Positions 44,901 through 53,040 of a stretch of 64,000 nucleotides of DNA are shown here, piece after piece. Position numbers and translations under genes: made by a program. The stretch lies in contig JANJGN010000163.1 of the NCBI GenBank assembly GCA_026770705.1, forward strand, positions 868,001 through 932,000, in the 5' to 3' direction. Numbering within the stretch: position 1 is the stretch's first letter; each line of letters starts with the position of its first letter. The notes beneath the pieces were generated by a model, which was not told the DNA's origin, did not search any database, and saw only the letters and a list, made by a program, of their open reading frames with translations. Origin of the DNA: Isurus oxyrinchus (Eukaryota).

Positions 44901-46780
44901 GTGTCACTACTGGACTCTCCATGAGTCACTACTGGACACTCCATGTGTCACTACTGAACTCTCCATGTGTCACTACTGAACTCTCCATGAGTCACTACAG
45001 GACACTCCATGTGTCGCTACTGAACTCTCCATGGGTCACTACTGGACACTCCATGTGTCACTACTGGACACTCCATTTGTCACTACCGGACATTCCCTGT
45101 GTCACTACTGAACTCTCCATGTGTCACTACTGGACACTCCACGTGTCACTACTAGACACTCCATGTGTCACTACTGGACACTCCATGTGTCACTGCTGGA
45201 CACTCCATGTGTCACTACTGAACTCTCCATGTGTCAGTACTGGACACTCCATGTATCACTACCGAACTCTCCATGTGTCATTACCGGACACTCCATGTGT
45301 CATTACTGGATACTCCATGTGTCACTACTGGACACTCCATGTGTCACTACTGGACACTCCATCTGTCACTACTGAACTCTCCATGTGTCACTACTGAACT
45401 CTCCATGTGTCACCACTGGACACTCCATGTGTCACTACTGGACACTCCATGCGTCACTACTGAACTCTCCATGCGTCACTACTGGACACTCCACGTCTCA
45501 CAATTGAACTCTCCATGTGTCACTACTCGACACTCCATGTATCACTACTGAACGCTCCATCTGTCACTACCGGACATTCCATGTGTCACTACTGGACACT
45601 CCATGTGTCACTACTGAACTCTCCATGTGTCACTACTGGACACTCCATGTGTCACTACCGGACACTCCATTTGTCACTACCGGTCATTCCCTGTGTCACT
45701 ACTGAACTCTCCATGTGTCACTACTGGACACTCCACGTGTCACTACTAGACACTCCATGTGTCACTACTGAACTCTCCATGTGTCACTGCTGGACACTCC
45801 ATGTGTCACTACTGGACACTCCATGTGTCACTACTGAACTCTCCATGTGTCACTACTGAACTCTCCATGTGTCACTACTCGACACTCCATGTGTCACTAC
45901 TGAACTCTCCATGTGTCACTGCTGGACACTCCATGTGTCACTACTGAACTCTCCACATGTCACTACTCGACACTCCATGTATCACACTGAACACTCCATG
46001 TGTCACTACTAGACACTCCATGTCTCACGACTGGACATTCCATGTGTCACTACTGAACTCTCCATGTGTCACTACTGAACTCTACATGTGTCACAACTGG
46101 ACACTCCATGTGTCACTACTAGACACTCCATGTGTCACTACGGGACACTCCATGTGTCACTACTGGACATTCCATATGTCACTACATAACTCTCCATGTG
46201 TCACTACTGAACTCTCCATTTGTCACTACTCGACATTCCATGTGTCACTACTGAACACTCCATGTATTGCTACTGAACTCTCCATGTGTCACTACTGAAC
46301 TCTCCATGTGTCACTACTGAACTCTCCATGTGTCACTACTGAACTCCACATGTGTCACTACTGAACTCTCCATGTGTCACTACTGAACTCTCCATGTGTC
46401 ACTACTGAACTCTCCATGTGTCACTACTGAACTCCACATGTGTCACTACTGAACTCTCCATGTTTCACTACTGGACACTCCATGTGTCACTACTGAACTC
46501 TCCATGTGTCACTACTGAACTCTACATGTGTCACTACTGAACTCTGCATGTGTCACTACTGAACTCTACATGTGTCACTACTGGACACTCCATGTGTCAC
46601 TACCTAAGTCTGCATCTGTCACTACTGGACACTCCATGTGTCACTACTGAACTCTCCATGTGTCACTACTGAACTCTCCATATGTCACTACAGGACACTC
46701 CATGTGTCACTACCGGACACTCCATGTGTCACTACCGGACACTCCATTTGTCACTACTCGACACTCCATGTGTCACTATT
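29977..46780. repeat. 22-bp satellite array, ~760 copies, two main monomers GAACTCTCCATGTGTCACTACT and GGACACTCCATGTGTCACTACT
   Basis: Direct reading; both ends lie inside the window. The repetitive MCHYWTLHVSLL ORFs are its 66-bp translation cycle. Confidence 0.99.
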
Positions 46781-47150
46781 ACCGGGAACAACACCCTTCC
46801 CGAGTGACCATCTCTTTTGGGGGTGTGGGGGGGGCAGTGTGGGACATGAGACGGGTCCGTCCCCTCAGCTGTTGGAAAGTGACTCCATAGTACCTGTTGT
46901 TGTTGATGGGGAGGGGGAACAGCAGGGAGCTCCCCTGCGCCCTTTGCAAACTTCTGAAACCGACCAGCACCCTTTCAGCAAAGAAATAAATCCCCAAATC
47001 TATTGCCCGCTAATGGTATTTGCTGTCTGGAATCTTGCTGCCTGCAAATTGGCGCTGGCCTTATCCACAGTGACTGCTCTTTGAGAATAGAAACAGCCTT
47101 TGGGTGGGAAGCGCTCTGGAAAAGGCCTGAGGCTTTAATTTGTCTCTTTC
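46781..47150 (+). mobile_element. 3' part of the same Deu-domain SINE
   Basis: Blocks atgagacg, ccgtcccctcag, gaacagcagggagctcccc, ttgctgtctggaatcttgctgcctgcaaattggc, acagtgact and aagcgctctgga occur in the order recalled for this SINE's body and tail. Confidence 0.65.
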
Positions 47151-47215
47151 CAGGCACCCCTCCTTCATAGCAGCAGGACTGGAAATGTGAACCTACTCCA
47201 TGTTCCACTCCACAG

Positions 47216-47510
47216 GAATTCTGGCCTCTTATGTGGAGCAGTTCCCTTCTACCGAGTCTCTGTCAGCAGGAGAATCCACAACCCTCGAGTGCACTCTGAG
47301 CAGTACTGCATCTCGCTCCATGTCCTGGTACACACAACAGGCAGATCGGGCAATGGAAGCTCTGTTCTATTCTGCTGGGAAAGATATGGTGACAAATGAC
47401 ACCGCCGACTCTCTGAGCACCAACAGGTCCAGCGATACCCTGTTTACCCTGGAATTGAGAGGCGCCTCTCTCTCTCACGCCGCTCTCTGCTCCTGTGCTT
47501 GTAGTTATTG
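47216..47510 (+). CDS. TRBV: T-cell receptor beta-like V exon (TRBV30-like), open frame, atypical FR3
   Basis: Acceptor ttccactccacag|. Translation ILASYVEQFP...TLECTLSSTASRSMSWYTQQ...ALFYS...LFTLEL...HAALCSCACSY has the first Cys, the Trp 12 residues later and the second Cys. Followed immediately by an RSS. Confidence 0.9.
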
Positions 47511-47549
47511 CACAGCCAGTGAGAAAGCGGATCCGCAGGCACAAAAACC
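47511..47549 (+). other. V(D)J recombination signal sequence, 23-bp spacer
   Basis: Heptamer CACAGCC (47511-47517), exactly 23 nt, then consensus nonamer ACAAAAACC (47541-47549). Confidence 0.96.
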
Positions 47550-47581
47550 CGCATGGCATCGGTGGCCGGTTAGGGCACATT

Positions 47582-48080
47582 TCCACCTCCCCTCCCATCC
47601 CATTCCCCATCCCCCTCCTCCCCCCTCCCCCTCGTCCCCCTCCCCTCACCCCCTACCCCTCCCCTATCCTCCCCTCCCCCTCCCCTTGCCCTCCTAACCC
47701 TCCCCTCTCCTCCCTCCCCCTCCCCTATCCTCCCCTCCCACTCCCCTTGCCCCGCTAACCCTCCCCTCTCTCCCTTCGCCCTCCCCACCCCCCTCTCCCA
47801 TTCCCCCTCCCCTCGCCCCTTCCCCCTGCCGCACCCCTCCCCTCCCCCTCCCCTCACCACCCCACCCCCTCCCCTCCCCCCCCTCCCCTCGCCCCCCACC
47901 CTTCCCCTCAAACTCTCCCTCCCCTCGCACCCCCTCCCCCTCCCCCTTTCTTCTCCGCTCCCCTCGCCTCCCATCCCCTCCCCTCACCACCCTCCCCTCG
48001 CCCACACCCTCCTCCTTCACACCTCCACCCCCCTCCCCTCCCCCCCTCTACCCCTCCCCCCCACTCCTCCTCCCCCTTTC
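47582..48080. repeat. C-rich polypyrimidine low-complexity tract; a second tract at ~48233-48350
   Basis: Runs of C3-C6 separated by single T/A, with a short internal duplication (ctcccctatcctcccctccc...ccccttgccc...taaccc). Confidence 0.92.
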
Positions 48081-48163
48081 CTGCCAGTCGCCAGCAGTGG
48101 ATCATCGTTCAGGGCAAGTTTCCTTCCCAACAGGAGCTTGGAAACCACAGAATGAGACAGGGA

Positions 48164-48480
48164 GTGAATAAGCCCATCGTGTCCAGGCTGCTCCTTCCGG
48201 TGCCTGGAGAGAACTGCTCAGTAAATCACATACCCCACCCCACCCCCTCCCCCTCCGCCTCCCACCCTCCCCCCACTCGTCCCCCTCTCCACCCCCTACC
48301 CCCTCCCCACATCCCCAACCTCCTCCCCTTCCCCCTCCCCCACTCCCTCCTTGAACCTTCCAACAGTTCCCTCCATAGATCCACTCTTTTATCTTTCTGC
48401 AGGTATTCGCCAATCTTGCTCCCAACAGCGGTGCGTTCAAGGTCACGGAAATCATGACAGGTCCTGGCTCAGAATAGACA
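48164..48480 (+). pseudogene. Possible decayed TRBV relic, truncated before the 44-bp array
   Basis: Leader-like (V)NKPIVSRLLLPVP with no intact donor; strong acceptor ttttatctttctgcag| at 48402; then CVQGHGNHDRSWLR with Cys-Trp spacing of 11, as in TRBV CxQxxxHxxMxWYR. Confidence 0.3.
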
Positions 48481-48520
48481 TTTCCCCTACTCCCTACCAC
48501 CCCACCCTCCGCTGCTGCGG

Positions 48521-50674
48521 AGATATCAGACTTGGGATGTCAACCTGGAATTGACAATCTAATTAGATATCACACTTGGGACGTCAACCTAGACTTGACA
48601 ATCTAATTAGATATCAGACTTGGGATGTCAACCTGGAATTGACAATCTAATTAGATATCAGACTTGGGATGTCAACCTGGAATTGACAATCTAATTGGAT
48701 ATCAGACTTGGGATGTCAACCTGGAATTGACAATCTAATTAGATATCAAACTTGGGATGTCAACCTGGAATTGACAATCTAATTAGATATCAAACTTGGG
48801 ATGTCAACCTGGAATTGACAATCTAATTAGATATCAGACTTGGGATGTCAACCTGGAATTGACAATCTAATTAGATATCAGACTTGGGATGTCAACCTGG
48901 AATTGACAACCTAATTAGATATCAAACTTGGGATGTCAACCTGGAATTAACAACCTAATTAGATATCAAGCTTGGGATGTCAACCTGGAATTAACAATCT
49001 AATTAGATATCAAACTTGGGATGTCAACCTGGAATTGACAATCTAATTAGATATCAGACTTGGGATGTCAACCTGGAATTGACAATCTAATTAGATATCA
49101 GATTTGGGATGTCAACCTGGAATTGACAATCTAATTAGCTATCAGATTTGGGATGTCAACCTGGAATTGACAATCTAATTAGATATCAGACTTGGGATGT
49201 CAACCTGGAATTGACAATCTAATTAGATATCAGATTTGGGATGTCAACCTGGAATTGACAATCTAATTAGATATCAAACTTGGGATGTCAACCTGGAATT
49301 GACAATCTAATTAGATATCAAACTTGGGATGTCAACCTGGAATTGACAATCTAATTAGATATCAGACTTGGGATGTCAACCTGGAATTGACAATCTAATT
49401 AGATATCAGACTTGGGATGTCAACCTGGAATTGACAATCTAATTAGATATCAGACTTGGGATGTCAACCTGGTATTGACAATCTAATTAGATATCAAACT
49501 TGGGATGTCAACCTGGAATTGACAATCTAATTAGATATCAGACTTGGGATGTCAACCTGGAATTGACAATCTAATTAGATATCAAACTTGGGATGTCAAC
49601 CTGGAATTGACAATCTAATTAGATATCAGACTTGGGATGTCAACCTGGAATTGACAATCTAATTAAATATCAGATTTGGGATGTCAACCTGGTATTGACA
49701 ATCTAATTAGATATCAAACTTGGGATGTCAACCTGGAATTGACAATCTAATTAGATATCAGACTTGGGATGTCAACCTGGAATTGACAATCTAATTAGAT
49801 ATCAAACTTGGGATGTCAACCTGGAATTGACAATCTAATTAGATATCAAGCTTGGGATGTCAACCTGGAATTGACAATCTAATTATATATCGGACTTGGG
49901 ATGTCAACCTGGAATTGACAATCTAATTAGATATCAGACTTGGGATGTCAACCTGGAATTGACAATCTAATTAGATATCAGATTTGGGATGTCAACCTGG
50001 AATTGACAATCTAATTAGATATCAGACTTGGGATGTCAACCTGGAATTGACAATCTAATTAGATATCAGACTTGGGATGTCAACCTGGAATTGACAATCT
50101 AATTAGATATCAAACTTGGGATGTCAACCTGGAATTGACAATCTAATTAGATATCACACTTGGGATGTCAACCTGGAATTGACAATCTAATTAGATATCA
50201 AGCTTGGGATCTCAACCTGGAATTGACAATCTAATTAGATATCAGACTTGGGATGTCAACTTGGAATTGACAATCTAATTAGATATCAGACTTGGGATGT
50301 CAACCTGGAATTGGCAATCTAATTAGATATCAAAGTTGGGATGTCAACCTGGAATTGACAATCTAATTAGATATCAGACTTGGGATGTCAACCTGGAATT
50401 GACAATCTAATTAGATATCAGACTTGGGATGCCAACCTGGAATTGACAATCTAATTAGATATCAGACTTGGGATGTCAACCTGGAATTGGCAATCTAATT
50501 AGATATCAAAGTTGGGATGTCAACCTGGAATTGACAATCTAATTAGATATCAGACTTGGGATGTCAACCTGGAATTGACAATCTAATTAGATATCACACT
50601 TGGGATGTCAACCTGGAATTGACAATCTAATTAGATATCAGACTTGGGATGTCAACCTGGAATTGACAATCTAA
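48521..50674. repeat. 44-bp satellite, ~49 copies, AGATATCAGACTTGGGATGTCAACCTGGAATTGACAATCTAATT
   Basis: Head-to-tail, highly homogeneous units. Contains TGTCAA-N7-TTGACA and the perfect palindrome ATCTAATTAGAT across the unit junction. Confidence 0.99.
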
Positions 50675-50908
50675 CGATGACTATGAATCCAATATCGATT
50701 GTCGTAAAACCCCATCTGCCTCACCAATGTCCCTTGAGGGAGGGAAATCTGCTGTCCTTACCCCGGTCTGGCCTACATGTGACTCCAGACCCACAGCAAT
50801 GTGGTTAACTGTTAGAAACGCTCTCTGAACAAGGGCGGTTATGGATGGGTAAGAAATGCTGGCCTAGCCAGTGACACCCACATCCCATGAATGAATAGCA
50901 AAAGAAAT
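50658..50908 (+). mobile_element. 5'-truncated elasmobranch-type SINE with A-rich tail
   Basis: gatgactatgaa...cgattgtcgtaaaaccccatctg...ggcctacatgtgactccagacccacagcaatgtgg...aaatgctggcctagccagtgacacccacatcccatgaatgaata matches a recalled abundant shark repeat. Confidence 0.75.
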
Positions 50909-50934
50909 ACTCACTGGCCACGCCAGCAGCTGCT

Positions 50935-51450
50935 GTTCATTCCTGGTCGCCACTGGGGAGGGCGGGCTCGCGTTCCGCTTCTAGGTGGTAGGGACCGTGC
51001 GATTCGCAAGTGTGACTGAAGGAGCCTTGGTGGATTGTTTCTATGCATCTTGTATATTGTAGCGACTGTGTCCGTGTGTTGAATGTTGAAGGCGGCGGGT
51101 GCACTCACCATCCTGTTGGTCCGCTTTATCCTTCATTGCACAGAGCTCCTGGAGAATAATTGGGATCTGCACTTATCGGTGCAAATGGAGTGTGAGCCAT
51201 CACAGTGATGCCTTTTACCATGTAGTTGGAGGACAGGCTTTTTTAGTGCAGAATCCCCAGGCCCTGACCTGCTCCTGTAGCAGCAGCATTTACACCGATA
51301 GGCCGGTCCAGTTTCTGGTGAACGGTAACCCCTAGGGCGTTAGTGGCAGGGTTTAACTGATGTTCCTGTTGTTGAATATCTCGGTGCAATGGTTAGATTC
51401 TGTCTGTTGCAGACCATGGCCCATTGCCTGGGACATGTGTGTGCATGTGT
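50935..51450 (-). mobile_element. Degenerate non-LTR retrotransposon (CR1/L2-group) RT fragment
   Basis: Blocks gcatcttgta, tgaatgttgaagg, ggacaggcttt, ctgacctgctcctgtagc, cagtttctggtgaacggtaacccc and atggttagattct resemble a recalled shark LINE in antisense. No intact ORF. Confidence 0.6.
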
Positions 51451-51815
51451 CACCTGGCCAGGAAATGACCATTGTCCTACCGGTGCCGTGTTTGGGGGAA
51501 GGTTTGATGCATCTTCCTGGATGAAGAGGCAGGTGTGGTTTTGCCTTGTGCTGTTGTAGGAAGCAATTCAGTCAGTTAAAAGCTGAATGCGGCAGATGCT
51601 GGAAACCTGAAACATGCTTTTCCAGCTGGTCCACCGACCTCGGGTACTGAGGCCAATTGCATGGCTGTCGTGCTGCTACAATAGAATTGGAGGGACCCTG
51701 AGGGTCCAGGAATTACAGCGTGTAGCTTCAGTCCCAGCTTCAGTCCCAAATCTAACCATGGCCCTAATGTGGAACATATCTATCAGATCGGCACTCAGCT
51801 TGATCTGGCTGAATA

Positions 51816-52212
51816 ATGGCTGTCCGTGTTTCCTCGCTGCTACTTATACTGTCGGGTAAGAGCAATAGCTTGTTATGGGACGTCAAAGTCAGTTCCCTGT
51901 GCAGAGAGCCTGAGCTGCCGAGTGGAGACATTAGACCAACTCGAGAGGATTGGACAGGGTTTCCACATGAACTATCTCTCCACAGGCCACATGCGGCCAA
52001 CTGGTTCCAATCTTTGCAACCAATCATCTGTAACACAATGCACATTGCCAGGCAGCCTGACCACCTGTATTGTTAACCCCACCCAGTGACCAGGCAGGAA
52101 AGAGTCATCTGCCTTGTTTGGAGGGACAATGGGGGAGGGGGTTTTCTCTGGACCTCCATGATATGCAGCCACTTCCACAGCCAAGCGAAAGGCGGGGCGA
52201 CATTCAACAACC
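51816..52212 (+). pseudogene. Degenerate, internally deleted TCR V pseudogene (leader, 130-bp intron, V remnant, broken RSS)
   Basis: Leader MAVRVSSLLLILS+G|GTAAGA (51816-51855); acceptor tctctccacag| at 51985; remnants VTQCTL, ctgtattgttaa (cf. LYWY) and tatgcagcca (cf. CAA); CACAGCC at 52176, 21 nt, then TCAACAACC. Confidence 0.5.
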
Positions 52213-52742
52213 GAGGCAGGACCTTCCTAGGGCGCTTTGACTGGAACATTCCTTCCCAGTTAGGAACGGGCTATAATTGCTGGGCTGGGCCAGTGATTAT
52301 ACAGGGCAGCCCCCTCCCCCCGGCCTAACGCACCAATTTGAAACTGTTCTGAGGCTTCATCTCATTCCAGCAGTGCCTAATCTGTGCTTTTCCAATGTTC
52401 CCACAGACACTGCGGCTTGTCCCTGCGCTGCTGGTGTTCACAGGGACTCGGACATGAAACCAGGAGCCAGTCCTGATAGGGCTGTGAGCTGGTCAGCTCC
52501 AAATCTCCATGAAGAATCCATCATTAACCGCTCTCTCTCCTTTACCAAATTACCTCATTGTGAAATGGTAAAATCCAGCTGGCCAATCAAAAATAATATT
52601 AACAAATCAAACCAGAATAATAATCACCTTCCAAATGTGATATAAGCTGGCGCGTTAACACTTCAAATAAGAAGCGCAAGTCCTTTCGGGGAGGTTTGTG
52701 TGAAGCAAATCTTCATACACAGGCTGGAGGGAAACTAGCAAA

Positions 52743-53040
52743 CTCTCTCTCTCTCTCTCTCTACACCCAGCACATCCTCACCCCCCACTCCCCCCCTCCC
52801 CACTCACCCCACCCCCCCCCACCCCCCACTTCCCCCTCCCCAATCCACCCACCCCCCACTGCCTCCAATACCCCTAACCCCCCTCCCCCACCCCCCAGGC
52901 CCCTCTACCCCCTCCAACCACTCACCCTCCCTCCCACTGCCCCCACTCGCTCCCCCCACTCCCCCACTCACTGCACCCTCCCCCCCACACCCTCCCCCCC
53001 CCCTCCCCTGCTCCGTCCCCCCTCCTTCCACTCCCCCCTT
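52743..53040. repeat. (CT)n plus C-rich low-complexity tract at the 5' truncation point of Penelope copy A
   Basis: Direct reading; accounts for the Pro-rich N-terminus of ORF 52696..53952. Confidence 0.9.

Noticed and set aside
30010-46298. Dozens of Cys/His-rich ORFs (MCHYWTLHVSLLNSPCVTT...)
   Set aside because: They are translations of the 22-bp satellite in all three frames and end wherever the TGA-containing monomer falls in frame; not genes or zinc fingers.
29977-46780. Hundreds of CAC/CACA cryptic heptamers in the 22-bp array
   Set aside because: No nonamer-like A tract at 12 or 23 nt on either strand.
47066-47104. Perfect heptamer CACAGTG upstream of the V exon (others at 51201 and ~58531)
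   Set aside because: No nonamer at 12 or 23 nt; the first two lie within repeat-derived sequence.
47200-47697. 165-aa ORF as a single-exon Pro-tailed protein
   Set aside because: Its Met lies in the intron, and the C-terminus is read-through across the RSS into C-rich DNA.
47570-48500. Gly/Arg/Glu-rich minus-strand ORFs
   Set aside because: Artefacts of G-rich low-complexity sequence.
48521-50674. CRISPR-like palindromic repeat and bacterial -35 box TTGACA
   Set aside because: Units are contiguous with no unique spacers, there are no cas genes, and the context is vertebrate.
52388-52520. Acceptor-like site followed by DTAACPCAAGVHRD, a possible further V relic
   Set aside because: No correctly spaced Cys/Trp and no RSS downstream.
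52696-53040. Pro-rich N-terminal extension fused to RT
   Set aside because: Low-complexity flank at a 5' truncation; copy D shows the genuine N-terminal region.
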